64,000 nt of DNA from Candidatus Doudnabacteria bacterium (GCA_016182875.1 JACPFQ010000004.1:28637-92636); one strand, 5' to 3'. Shown: positions 27,825 through 37,564, counted from the stretch's first letter. Program-made: numbers and translations. Notes: generated from the sequence alone by a model not told the origin.

Positions 27825-28214
27825 TTATGTGGGAGGCTTGGATAAGGCGTTATTGATTACGCTAACTATTATATAAGAAAGAATAATTATAGACAAACCA
27901 ATTATAGCATTTCTTAAACCCTTTTTGCCAGCCTCGGCCCATTCTTCATTGACGCCCGATGTGATGTACTGGAAGCCGCTGTAGATGATGAAAAAGATGG
28001 CCAGGACGCCGGCCACAACCAAAAGCTGCCTGATAAAGAAGGTGAATAGGTAGCCAAAGCTGTTGCAGGCTGTTCCGGGCGTGGCGTCAGCCGGACAGGT
28101 GCCAAAATCGACCAAATAATCCTTTGAGGGATTTTTGATTTCTGCCAGGGCTGGCAAAGCCAGCACAGCGACAACCAAACACGCGATAATCCAAAATTTA
28201 TACTTATTTTTCAT
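27825..28214 (-). CDS. TrbC/VirB2-like pilin family protein (paralog 3)
   Basis: 129 aa. SGFQYITSGVNEEWAE motif. Confidence 0.6.
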   Translation of the reverse strand: MKNKYKFWIIACLVVAVLALPALAEIKNPSKDYLVDFGTCPADATPGTACNSFGYLFTFFIRQLLVVAGVLAIFFIIYSGFQYITSGVNEEWAEAGKKGLRNAIIGLSIIILSYIIVSVINNALSKPPT

Positions 28215-28906
28215 GACGGCGCTCCTATTAAATTGGCCGCTGCCCTTATTATAACGTATGCAAACAAAATAGCGACAATGCCCGCGCTAATCCACTTGAG
28301 CGCCGCCTTGGCTTCTGTCAACTGCTCCTCGTCGCCAGCGGCGGTGATGTATCGAAAGCCGTTGAACACCAGCATGAGAATAGCTAACAATCCGACTATC
28401 TGCAAAAATCCTGCAAGCAGCCGGTTGACCAAAAAGTCGACGAAAGTCGGTTCATTGATCGGGTTAACCACTCTATTGGCAAAAGATGGATTGGCAGGGT
28501 CGGGAATTTCTGTGGCTCCAAAGAAATTAATCATGCCAGCCACAAGGACAAATGACAGCACGGCGACGATGAAACCATATACCGCGTAGCTAAAAGCAGT
28601 CTTGGCTCGCTTGACCGCTTCGGCGTTGCCCTGGGAAACAATCATCTGAAACCCGGCGGCAACCACAACCAAAATCGGAATCAAGGCAGTGAAGCTGGTA
28701 AAAATGATAAGCAGGCGAATTATCAAATCTGGCAGATTGGCAGCTCCGGCAAGGGGCATTCCGAAAAAATCGACTTGACTGCCAAAAGGATTGCAAAGTT
28801 TGGTCGTGGTTTCGTCCGGATTACAGCCGCCTTGCGCCAAAGCTGCAGCCGGCAATAAAAACAGCAAACCTAAGGAGCATAAAATTGTTTTTTTGTGTGT
28901 CAGCAT
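28211..28906 (-). CDS. Tandem-duplicated TrbC/VirB2-like pilin protein (two domain copies)
   Basis: 231 aa. The domain occurs twice (GFQMIVSQGNAE and GFRYITAAGDEE). Confidence 0.55.
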   Translation of the reverse strand: MLTHKKTILCSLGLLFLLPAAALAQGGCNPDETTTKLCNPFGSQVDFFGMPLAGAANLPDLIIRLLIIFTSFTALIPILVVVAAGFQMIVSQGNAEAVKRAKTAFSYAVYGFIVAVLSFVLVAGMINFFGATEIPDPANPSFANRVVNPINEPTFVDFLVNRLLAGFLQIVGLLAILMLVFNGFRYITAAGDEEQLTEAKAALKWISAGIVAILFAYVIIRAAANLIGAPS

Positions 28907-29334
28907 CAGAATCCGGGTAAAAATTCGTAAATGCTGTTGTCCGCGCCCGGGCTAAAGCTGTAGCCGCCGAAAGCATGAAGCAAATAATCAACCAGCAGGA
29001 ATGCCATCATAATGATGAAAAATCCAATAACCCCGTTTTTGAAATCGGCTCTGGCGGCTTTCATCTTCTCTTCGTTGCCAGCCGAGGTAGCGAGGTTATA
29101 ACCCCCCCAAAAAATAAAGAATAAAGCTATGAGCCAAGAAATCCCCAGAAAAAGATTAATCAGCCTGACTGCAATCAGTACAATTCCGGTAAGCTCACAG
29201 GGCTGGGAATCAGTGCCCGCCCCTCGCCGGCCGCAGGTGACAAGCGCGGCTTGAGCCAAACTTGCGGTCAGGGAAAATAAAACTACGGCCGCGATTAGAA
29301 TTTTAAGCTTTGGCTTTATTTTTCCATATTCCAT
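28906..29334 (-). CDS. TrbC/VirB2-like pilin family protein (paralog 5)
   Basis: 142 aa. GGYNLATSAGNEE motif. Confidence 0.55.
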   Translation of the reverse strand: MEYGKIKPKLKILIAAVVLFSLTASLAQAALVTCGRRGAGTDSQPCELTGIVLIAVRLINLFLGISWLIALFFIFWGGYNLATSAGNEEKMKAARADFKNGVIGFFIIMMAFLLVDYLLHAFGGYSFSPGADNSIYEFLPGF

Positions 29335-29351
29335 ATTCTATGTTCCAGATT

Positions 29352-30668
29352 CTAATTTTTGATGAGCAAATTCACGGACGCCGCGGCGTTGCGGATAGCG
29401 TCTTCCACGCTGAGGTTGCGAAGCACCACGTCATCAATCATCTTAAGAAAGATGCTTTCGAACTTGGCGACATCTTTTTTGTAGACCGTCCGGGCAGAAA
29501 GCGCTTCCTCGGCAAACACGCCGATTTCTTCGTCTGCCGCCTGTTCGGTCAGAATGTCCTTGCGGCTGGAAGGCAGTTTCTTTTTCTCATAATATTTCTT
29601 GAGATTTTCTTTTTCGCTGATGAACTTCAAGAAATCCCAGGCCACGGCCTGATCGCCGGAAAACTTGGAAACCGCTTCACCCCAATAATTGGCAAAATTG
29701 ACTTTCAGCCCTGATTGGTCAATTTGGGGGATGGGAGCGACGGCCCAGTTGAGATTGGGCGCGCGGGCCCTAAGCGTGGGCATTAAATAAGCATAAGAAA
29801 ATATCATGGCAACCTTGCCCGAGGTAAAGGCATCGAGGCTGAAGTCAGACTTGCTGTTCCAGGTGTAAACCTTTTTGCCTGGATCGGCAAACTGGGTATA
29901 AAACTCAAGCGCTGTTGCCCCCGGATTAAAAGTTTCGCGGTTGGGAAGATTAACTTCGTTGTCAAACACGGCACTGCTGCCGTTGTCAGAATAAAATTGC
30001 GTGCCGTTCTGCAGCATCAAAAGCAGCAAGATATCAACTGCCCGGTTGACATTGGCAGAAGTCCCCAGCGCCACGGCCGAAACATTGAAGGTCCCAGGCT
30101 TGGCTTGCCGGGTTATCTTCTCGACAGCCGCCACCAGTTCCGGCCAGGTTTTGGGCGGCAGGACTCCGGCAGAATTGAGCAAATCCTTGTTGTAGTAAAG
30201 GGTTAAGACATCGACACTCAGCGGAAAAGCGTAGATTTTTCCGTCTTTGATGAAGTCAGCGCTCGCCGCGTCGATGAAAGTCTCTTTATACGCTCTGCTG
30301 GTGATTAAACTGTCCGGGGCCGGGGCGAGCTTGTCGATATGTTTGGGCAGCCAGTCATTGTGAATGGTAAAGATGTCCGGAGTGCGGCCCGAAGCGATGG
30401 CGTCCACCAGTTCCTGCTCGTAATCGGCAATGTCTTTCTTGACAAAAGTAATCTTGATGTTTTGATGGCTTTCCTGGTAAGCCTCGATCAAAGGATTGAC
30501 GTTTTCTGACTCTTCGAATGTTTTCCACCAAACGATTTCTATTTCCTTCTGCTCGGAAGGTTTGTTGCTTCCTCCCCCGCCAAACACTACAGCCAAAAGC
30601 ACAATCAGAAGTACCGCAATCGCCCCGCCGATAATGAGATATTTTTTATTCATTTTTATTTCTAGCAT
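29352..30668 (-). CDS. ABC transporter extracellular solute-binding protein (family 1, sugar-type), orphan
   Basis: 438 aa. N-terminal TM/lipobox-like segment. SBP_bac_1-like sequence. No permease adjacent. Confidence 0.75.
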   Translation of the reverse strand: MLEIKMNKKYLIIGGAIAVLLIVLLAVVFGGGGSNKPSEQKEIEIVWWKTFEESENVNPLIEAYQESHQNIKITFVKKDIADYEQELVDAIASGRTPDIFTIHNDWLPKHIDKLAPAPDSLITSRAYKETFIDAASADFIKDGKIYAFPLSVDVLTLYYNKDLLNSAGVLPPKTWPELVAAVEKITRQAKPGTFNVSAVALGTSANVNRAVDILLLLMLQNGTQFYSDNGSSAVFDNEVNLPNRETFNPGATALEFYTQFADPGKKVYTWNSKSDFSLDAFTSGKVAMIFSYAYLMPTLRARAPNLNWAVAPIPQIDQSGLKVNFANYWGEAVSKFSGDQAVAWDFLKFISEKENLKKYYEKKKLPSSRKDILTEQAADEEIGVFAEEALSARTVYKKDVAKFESIFLKMIDDVVLRNLSVEDAIRNAAASVNLLIKN

Positions 30669-30722
30669 TTTAGGAGTAAGGTTGCAGGATTTAGGTTATT
30701 TTAGCATATTTAAACTTAAATC

Positions 30723-31620
30723 TTAAATCCTTAATCCTTTCAAGAATTTGCCAAAATCTTCTCTTAAGTCATCATGCTTGAGCCCAAACTCCACGACCGC
30801 TTTGAGATACTCCAATTTGTTGCCGCAGTCATACCACTTGCCGTTCTTTATCTCGACGGCGTAGCAGTCTTTTTTTTGTCTGAGCAAAACGTTAATCGCG
30901 TCAATATAGACCAGCTCTTTTTTTGTCGAAGAGCTCTTTTCTAACTCTGCTTTGACCTCTTCGATTGCCGGAAAGATTTCCGGGCCGTAAATCGCGCCGC
31001 CGATCAAAGCGAAATCCGAATCAATCACGCCCGGCCCCGGCTTCTCAATGATTTTTTCGATTCTTCTAACCCCTTCCGAAATTTTCACGCCGGCGGCGTA
31101 CCCGTATTGGCGATAGTCCTGTTCGCTGTTGGCGCGGATGCAGCTTAGGACCACACTTCCGCCCAAGTTCTCATACGCGCTCACAAGCTGCTTGGCGCGC
31201 GAGGGAGTGGCTTCCATAAATTCATCGCCCCACAAAACCATGAACGGTTCATCTCCCACCAAATGTCTGACATTAAGAATCGGGGTCGCATTGCCCATCA
31301 GTCCTTTTTGCCTGATGTAGGTGAAATTAGCCAAGTCGCCGATTTTTCGAATTTCGTTCAGTTCTTCGGTTTTGCCGGCCTCTTCCAATCGCTTCTCCAA
31401 TTCAAAAGGATAGTCGAAGTGATCTTCAATGTTGCGCTTTGACCAGCCAGTGACAATAATTATGTCCTCAATCCCAGCTGAAACCGCGTCTTCCACCACA
31501 TATTGAATAATCGGCTTGTCGACGATTGGGAGCATCTCTTTGGGCTGGGCCTTGGTCGCAGGCAAGAATCTGGTTCCCAAACCGGCTGCGGGAATTACCG
31601 CCTTTCTTATTTTTCTCATA
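30723..31620 (-). CDS. galU: UTP-glucose-1-phosphate uridylyltransferase
   Basis: Start taken at MRKIRKAVIPAAGLGTRFLPATK (canonical GalU N-terminus). The ORF extends to 31673. Confidence 0.8.
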
Positions 31621-31821
31621 GTATCCAATCCATTATAGCTAAAATTGCTGCTGTTGATAACTCCTCTTGACATAAGGTGAACGAACGTTTACCATAACCA
31701 TGGAAGAAGTTAAAACCAAGAAACTGGTAAGCAAGAAGCCGCCTCTTCCTTACTGGTTTCTTGGAACCCCTTCCAAAAAGAATTCAGAATTTAAAATTAA
31801 GAATTTCGAATCAATTACCCA

Positions 31822-32238
31822 ATGCCAGAATTTAATAAAAAATACGACCTCGAAGAACGGACTGCTATCTTTGGGGAGGACGTAATCGAATTCTGCATCG
31901 GCTTGGAACAAACAGCAATTTCAAAACCGCTCATCAGCCAATTAGTGAGGTCAGGAACGAGCATTGGAGCGAATTATATGGAAGCAAATGCAGCAAGTTC
32001 CAGAAAAGACTTTAAAAATAAAATCAGCATCTGTAAAAAAGAAGTTCAGGAAACTAAACATTGGTTCCGAATGCTACTTAAATGTTTCCCTTCGCTAACT
32101 GACAAGATGAGGCAGTTAAACAACGAAGCCCAAGAATTAACTTTAATTTTCGGCAAAATTCTTTCAACGCTTAATAAGGCTGATCATCCCATTAAAAATT
32201 CAGTATTAAAAAATTCACTCGAAATTCAAAACTCATAA
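31822..32238 (+). CDS. Four-helix-bundle protein (23S rRNA IVS-protein family, TIGR02436-like)
   Basis: 138 aa. SIGANYMEANAASSRKDF...ETKHWFRML. Confidence 0.55.
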   Translation: MPEFNKKYDLEERTAIFGEDVIEFCIGLEQTAISKPLISQLVRSGTSIGANYMEANAASSRKDFKNKISICKKEVQETKHWFRMLLKCFPSLTDKMRQLNNEAQELTLIFGKILSTLNKADHPIKNSVLKNSLEIQNS

Positions 32239-32247
32239 TTCAAAATT

Positions 32248-32862
32248 ATGAATGAGCTAACTCCCAAACAAAAAAAATTACTAGACTTGCTTTCTGAGCA
32301 GATTAGAACCAAGGGGCTGCCTCCCTCTATTTCAGAGATTGCTCACAGCCTCAAATTGAAATCCAAAAATGCCGTAGTGAAGCTTCTAAACAGCCTGGAA
32401 GCAAAAGGTTTTATCAGACGGTCAAGCAAGGCCCGCGATATTGAAGTCTTAAACCCGGATGGGGAGCCGTTGGGGCGAGGACTTTTGAGCGTGCCGCTGC
32501 TCGGGCGAATCACGGCGGGAATACCCATGCTGGCCGAAGAACAGGTTGAGGATTGGTTAAATTTACCTATGAGCCTGGTCCGGGGGCGCAAAGACGTGTT
32601 TTTGCTCAAAGTTGCCGGCATGAGCATGAAGGATGCAGGCATTCTGGATAGCGACTTGGTTTTGGTCAAACAGCAAAAAATTGCCGAACCCGGAGACATC
32701 GTCGTGGCTTTGCTGGAAGATGAAGCCACGGTCAAGCGCTTGGTGAAAAAAGAGGGCAGGTTCTTCCTAAAAGCGGAAAATAAAGAATACCCAAATATTT
32801 ACCCTGAGCATGAATGGTCGATTCAGGGAAAAGTAATCGGAGTTATCCGGAGGATGGAGTGA
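32248..32862 (+). CDS. lexA: LexA repressor
   Basis: 204 aa. N-terminal wHTH. Ala-Gly cleavage site (VAGMSM). Ser/Lys dyad of an S24 peptidase. Confidence 0.9.
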   Translation: MNELTPKQKKLLDLLSEQIRTKGLPPSISEIAHSLKLKSKNAVVKLLNSLEAKGFIRRSSKARDIEVLNPDGEPLGRGLLSVPLLGRITAGIPMLAEEQVEDWLNLPMSLVRGRKDVFLLKVAGMSMKDAGILDSDLVLVKQQKIAEPGDIVVALLEDEATVKRLVKKEGRFFLKAENKEYPNIYPEHEWSIQGKVIGVIRRME

Positions 32863-32863
32863 T

Positions 32864-33046
32864 ATGTCAGAATTCGAGAAACAAAAATACACTGTGATCA
32901 GTCAGTTGAAGAGTCTCTGCGCCCACTGTATCAATAATGTAGAGCACAACTGCAAGCTTCACAAGATTGTTTCAGAAGTATCGGGTTTGAACGGAGTCCC
33001 GCTTATAGTCAACGACAGATTCAATGGAATATTCTTTAATAATTAA
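32864..33046 (+). CDS. Small Cys-containing protein coupled to lexA
   Basis: 60 aa. CAHC...HNC motif. Start lies 1 nt after the lexA stop. Confidence 0.3.
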   Translation: MSEFEKQKYTVISQLKSLCAHCINNVEHNCKLHKIVSEVSGLNGVPLIVNDRFNGIFFNN

Positions 33047-33062
33047 TTGCAAGGACTAAGAC

Positions 33063-33299
33063 ATGCAGCAGACATTTGCTCCCACGCTTTTCTCCACCAA
33101 GGCCACTGTTGGCCGAAGGACGTATTTCTTCGACGTGAAAACTGCGAAAAATTCCAAACCCTTTCTCAAAATCACGCAGTCTGAAATAAATGGTGAAGAA
33201 AAGAAAAAGAGTTATCTGAACGTCTTTGATTCAGAAGTCCCAAACTTTCATTCGGCGCTGACTGAAGCCGTGGACTACATCAATCAAAGCGCCAAATAA
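33063..33299 (+). CDS. PUR-alpha-like nucleic-acid-binding protein (DUF3276-like)
   Basis: 78 aa. RRTYFFDVKTAKNSKPFLKITQ resembles a PUR repeat. Confidence 0.5.
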   Translation: MQQTFAPTLFSTKATVGRRTYFFDVKTAKNSKPFLKITQSEINGEEKKKSYLNVFDSEVPNFHSALTEAVDYINQSAK

Positions 33300-33343
33300 A
33301 ATCAAGCCCTGACTTCAAGCCGGGGCTTTTGTAAATTTAAACA

Positions 33344-34870
33344 ATGCAAAATTTTCCAACTAAAGTATACTCGGCAGCTCTCCTGGGCCTTGATGCGGCC
33401 TGCGTAGAGGTGGAAGTTGATATCTCAGGCGGCTTGCCGAAGACAATTATCGTCGGACTTCCGGACACGGCCGTCCAAGAGGCTAAGGAGCGCGTCAAAT
33501 CCGCGATCAAAAACTCCAACGCCATATTCCCACCCACGCGCATAGCAGTTAACTTGGCTCCGGCCGACATCCCCAAAAACGGCACTCACTACGATTTGCC
33601 CATAGCACTTGCCGTGCTTCTTAACTCCGGACAAATATTTTTTGAGCCCAAGGGCAAGCTCTTTTTGGGCGAACTGGCCTTAGACGGCTCGGTCCGCGCA
33701 GTAGCCGGCGTGCTTCCGATTTTGCTTATGGCCAAAAAGCAAGGATTCAAAACAGTGTTTATACCGCATGCCAACAGCAAGGAAGCTAGCCTGGTTTCCG
33801 GAATCCGTATCATAGCCATCAAAAATTTGTCCCAACTGATTGGATATCTGCAAAATCTTATCAAAATTGCCCCAGTTAAAGAAATCGATTGGTCCGGCGT
33901 TTTAAAAACTTTGGAAAACGGTTTCGACATGAAACTAGTTAAAGGACAAGAAGCTGCCAAACGCGCCTTGGAAATCGCGGCAGCGGGCGGCCACAATATA
34001 CTGCTCTCAGGTCCCCCCGGTACGGGCAAAACCTTGCTTGCCAAGTCCTTGCCTTCCATCCTTCCCCAGCCCACTGTGGACGAGGTCTTGGAGATTACGA
34101 AAATCTACAGCGTCGCCGGGCTCCTTAGCTTAAACAAAACCTTGGTTACCAACCGGCCCTTCCGCCATCCCCACCACACTTCTTCAGCCGTAGCTTTGGT
34201 CGGCGGGGGGTCCAGCCCCAAGCCGGGAGAAATCTCACTGGCTCATCGCGGAGTACTATTCCTTGATGAATTCCCGGAATTTGCCCGGTCGGTATTGGAA
34301 AATCTAAGGCAGCCGCTGGAAGACGGCGTGGTCACTGTTGCGCGGGCTCAAGCGACCATTACCTTTCCCGCGACTTTTACCTTGGTCGCAGCGCAAAATC
34401 CCTGTCCCTGCGGTTATTTTGCCGACCCAGCTCATTCCTGCTCCTGCTCGCCCTCTCAAATTATGAAGTATCAGAAAAAAATCTCCGGACCCTTGTTGGA
34501 CCGAATCGATCTTTGCATTGAAGTTGGCAGGGTCGAGTACGAAAAACTTACAGGCGAAGCAGAAACCGAAAATTCGGAAGATATCCAAAAAAGAGTCCAG
34601 AAAACTCGGGATATCCAAACTCAAAGATTTGAAGGAAGCGGTATTAAAACCAATTCCGAAATGAGCATTGGGGAAATTAGAAAATTCTGCGAACTCGGCC
34701 CAGAAGAACGGGAGTTCATGAAAACAGTGGTCATAAAAATGTATCTGTCGGCCCGTTCGTATCATCGAATCCTAAAAATCGGAAGAACCATAGCTGACCT
34801 TGCCCAATCACCGGACATTAAAGTTGCGCATCTGGCCGAGGCCATCCAATACCGGCCAAAAGTTGAATAA
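33344..34870 (+). CDS. comM: Mg-chelatase-like AAA+ ATPase ComM/YifB
   Basis: 508 aa. N-terminal VEVDISGGLPKTIIVGLPDTAVQE. Walker A GPPGTGKT. C-terminal ChlI domain. Confidence 0.9.
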   Translation: MQNFPTKVYSAALLGLDAACVEVEVDISGGLPKTIIVGLPDTAVQEAKERVKSAIKNSNAIFPPTRIAVNLAPADIPKNGTHYDLPIALAVLLNSGQIFFEPKGKLFLGELALDGSVRAVAGVLPILLMAKKQGFKTVFIPHANSKEASLVSGIRIIAIKNLSQLIGYLQNLIKIAPVKEIDWSGVLKTLENGFDMKLVKGQEAAKRALEIAAAGGHNILLSGPPGTGKTLLAKSLPSILPQPTVDEVLEITKIYSVAGLLSLNKTLVTNRPFRHPHHTSSAVALVGGGSSPKPGEISLAHRGVLFLDEFPEFARSVLENLRQPLEDGVVTVARAQATITFPATFTLVAAQNPCPCGYFADPAHSCSCSPSQIMKYQKKISGPLLDRIDLCIEVGRVEYEKLTGEAETENSEDIQKRVQKTRDIQTQRFEGSGIKTNSEMSIGEIRKFCELGPEEREFMKTVVIKMYLSARSYHRILKIGRTIADLAQSPDIKVAHLAEAIQYRPKVE

Positions 34871-34959
34871 CAAAAACTATTCGCTAGTAGTCTATGCTGT
34901 GGATAACGTTTTGCAAATCCAAACTTGTGGAGAAAAACCCAAAATGTTAGAATTCTAGT

Positions 34960-37254
34960 ATGGCTATCAGCAGTGAATTTCACGCATATACCTACATAAA
35001 AAACGAGCTAAAAGCTCTGGGTTGGAATGTTTACAACCCAAGCAGACGCGCGGATGGAGAAGTTTATACTCAAAACGAGTGCTTACAGAATGCGCTAATA
35101 AAAAAACATTTAATCGGCGAAAAGCCGGAGAATGTTATTGTCGTAAGGAATAATAAATTTTGGGTTATAGAAGCCAAATCAACACACAAGGAACTTCAAA
35201 AAGCAATAGAAGAAGCGCAAGGATATGCTGACAAATTAAATGAAGACGGAATTCATGCGCCTATTGCCACGGGAATAGCTGGTAATGATGAAGATACTTA
35301 CTTAATAAAGAGTTTTTATTTTTACAAAGGGAAGTGGGTTCCAATTGAGGCCAACGGGAAAGTTTTAACCGGATTGTTGCCTCGCGAAACAGCGCGTTAT
35401 TTGGTTGACAATGATATATACAAAACAGAGGACTTTAATCTTCCTGACGAGCTTTATTACGCAAAGGCCAATGCCATCAACGAAATACTACATATTGGCT
35501 CTATTAATAAAAACAATAGAGCGAAAGTAATGGCTGCATTATTGTTAGCACTTCTTGAGGAAACTCCGATCAACCTAGATAATTCTGCTTCCTTGTTAAT
35601 CCAAGAAATAAACGCGCGGGTTGACAAGATTTTGTTTGAACATGGCAGGAGAGATTTTGCTAGGTTTGTTCAAATAACAACCCCACCCACTCCTGACAAT
35701 CATGTAAAGTTTAGGAAAGCGATTATTGACACCATACAAGAGTTGAAGGGATTAAATATTCGGTCTGCGATGAACTCCGGAACTGACATTCTCGGCAGAT
35801 TTTATGAAGTTTTCTTAAAATACGGCAATGGTGCAAAAGAAATTGGTATCGTTTTAACGCCAAGACACATTACCAGATTAGGTGTTGAGATTTTAAATGT
35901 AAGCAGAACCGATGTTGTTTTTGATCCGGCTTGCGGAACCGGAGGATTTTTGGTGGCCGCTTTTGACTATGTGCGAAAACACGCAAATAAAACACAGTTA
36001 GACGAGTTCAAGGAAAATAGGATTTTTGGCATAGAACAAGAACCTGAAGTGGTTGCTCTTGCTCTAGTAAATATGATCTTCAGGGGCGATGGGAAAAACA
36101 ACATTATTGAAGGCAATACTTTCGCAAAAATAATTCCTACAAAGGCAACGAAAGTTTTAATGAATCCCCCATTTGCACTCAAAAAAGATGATGAGAAAGA
36201 GTATAAGTTTATTGATAGGGCAATTGAGCAAATGGAAGATGGTGGGCAGATGTTTGTTATTATTCCTAGCACCATAATGTTTAAGGGAAAACAATATAAA
36301 ACATGGAGAGAAAAATTACTCCAAAATAATACTATTCAAGGAGTAATTAAACTACCCGAGGATCTATTTTATCCAATAGGAGTACATACATCCGCTTTAA
36401 TTCTTAAAAAAGGCATTCAACACGACAAAGGAGAACAGATTTTTTGGGGTTACCTAGTTGATGGGTATATGAAAAAGAAGGGTGTAATGAAAAAAGTAAA
36501 GGATGGGAATATAGAAATGATGAAATCAGCCGTTATTGATTTTTTGAACCATTCAAAAAATCTGCCGAAATCAAAACCGAAAGAATATACCATTGCGCCA
36601 GCATTATTCGATTCCGATTTAGAACTTGCTCCAGAATATTACCTTGAAGAGGGCGAGCACAGCGACAATGAAATTGAAAAGCAAATGCAAATCGTATTGG
36701 ATAGGTTGTTTAGTTATCTTATGAATAGCTCTCAAACAAATGTTAATGGTAGTGTTCTACAATCTTCAAAAATAGACATCGATCATTTTGAAGACATAGA
36801 AGGCGTTTTCAACATCGCAAACGCGAAATCTAGCAATATCGAGGATTACGCCAAAGGCGACGTACCTTTTGTTACGAGTACGGAGTTAAATAACGGTGTT
36901 GAAATGTTTATTGAGCCAGATGATGATAGTTTAATTTTCGATACGCCCGGTATAGCTATTTCTTCTTTTGGATTTGCCACTATACAATTACCGCCATTTG
37001 TAGCGAGAAGCCATGGGGCAGTAATAGTGCTAAAACCAAAAAAGAAAATGGGGATTTTAGAACTTGCGTACTTTGCCGCACAACTTAATTTACAAACGTG
37101 GCGGTTCTCTTACGGAAGATGGGTAACAAAGAAAAGATTGAAAAAGCTCGAAATAAAAACTCTCAAAAATGGAGACATTCCATCGTTCAAGAAATTCGTA
37201 GATAGATTTGAAGATAACTATAAAAAAGCAAGGAAAATAGTTACTGGAGAATAG
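34960..37254 (+). CDS. Single-chain Type IIG-like restriction-modification enzyme (nuclease + gamma-class N6A MTase + TRD)
   Basis: 764 aa. N-terminal PD-(D/E)xK-like VIEAKS. MTase motif I FDPACGTGGFL. Motif IV NPPF. C-terminal TRD-like region. Confidence 0.65.
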   Translation: MAISSEFHAYTYIKNELKALGWNVYNPSRRADGEVYTQNECLQNALIKKHLIGEKPENVIVVRNNKFWVIEAKSTHKELQKAIEEAQGYADKLNEDGIHAPIATGIAGNDEDTYLIKSFYFYKGKWVPIEANGKVLTGLLPRETARYLVDNDIYKTEDFNLPDELYYAKANAINEILHIGSINKNNRAKVMAALLLALLEETPINLDNSASLLIQEINARVDKILFEHGRRDFARFVQITTPPTPDNHVKFRKAIIDTIQELKGLNIRSAMNSGTDILGRFYEVFLKYGNGAKEIGIVLTPRHITRLGVEILNVSRTDVVFDPACGTGGFLVAAFDYVRKHANKTQLDEFKENRIFGIEQEPEVVALALVNMIFRGDGKNNIIEGNTFAKIIPTKATKVLMNPPFALKKDDEKEYKFIDRAIEQMEDGGQMFVIIPSTIMFKGKQYKTWREKLLQNNTIQGVIKLPEDLFYPIGVHTSALILKKGIQHDKGEQIFWGYLVDGYMKKKGVMKKVKDGNIEMMKSAVIDFLNHSKNLPKSKPKEYTIAPALFDSDLELAPEYYLEEGEHSDNEIEKQMQIVLDRLFSYLMNSSQTNVNGSVLQSSKIDIDHFEDIEGVFNIANAKSSNIEDYAKGDVPFVTSTELNNGVEMFIEPDDDSLIFDTPGIAISSFGFATIQLPPFVARSHGAVIVLKPKKKMGILELAYFAAQLNLQTWRFSYGRWVTKKRLKKLEIKTLKNGDIPSFKKFVDRFEDNYKKARKIVTGE

Positions 37255-37347
37255 CACCATTTGCCGCTGAAAAAGCGATCTTTTGCTAAAATAAGTTCAA
37301 AGTGCCGCCCATCAATTGGCTTCAAAAAAGCTTTCTGATTTTATTGT

Positions 37348-37460
37348 GGTGGGCTTGACCTGGGTGACTTCGAGGCCAAGCTGATTATTGTCCTGCTTCG
37401 CCAAAGGCTTCGCAGGACACTGCTTCGTGCTTGCACTGCGTAGTTCGAAGAACGAAGCAG
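37348..37460. repeat. 113-bp repeat fused to tRNA-Ile 3' end (copy 1)
   Basis: 100% identical to 63871-63983. Contains two strong hairpins. Distal end resembles a tRNA 3' end (CCCAGGTCAAGCCCACCA). Confidence 0.7.
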
Positions 37461-37537
37461 TGGTGGGCATGCCTGGACTCGAACCAGGAACCGTTCGGAT
37501 ATAAGCCGAATGCTCTAACCAGTTGAGCTACATGCCC
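37461..37537 (-). tRNA. tRNA-Ile (anticodon TAT, reads AUA)
   Basis: Acceptor GGGCATG/CATGCCC. Anticodon stem TTCGG/CCGAA. Loop CTTATAT. CCA encoded. Confidence 0.65.
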
Positions 37538-37564
37538 CCGTCGAAATATTATAAATTTTTTTGA

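Noticed and set aside
32205-32247. Canonical LexA/SOS box upstream of lexA
   Set aside because: Neither CTGT-N8-ACAG nor CGAACNNNNGTTCG is present. Only the AT-rich TTCGAA-type repeat is found, so it is reported as a repeat family and not called an SOS box.
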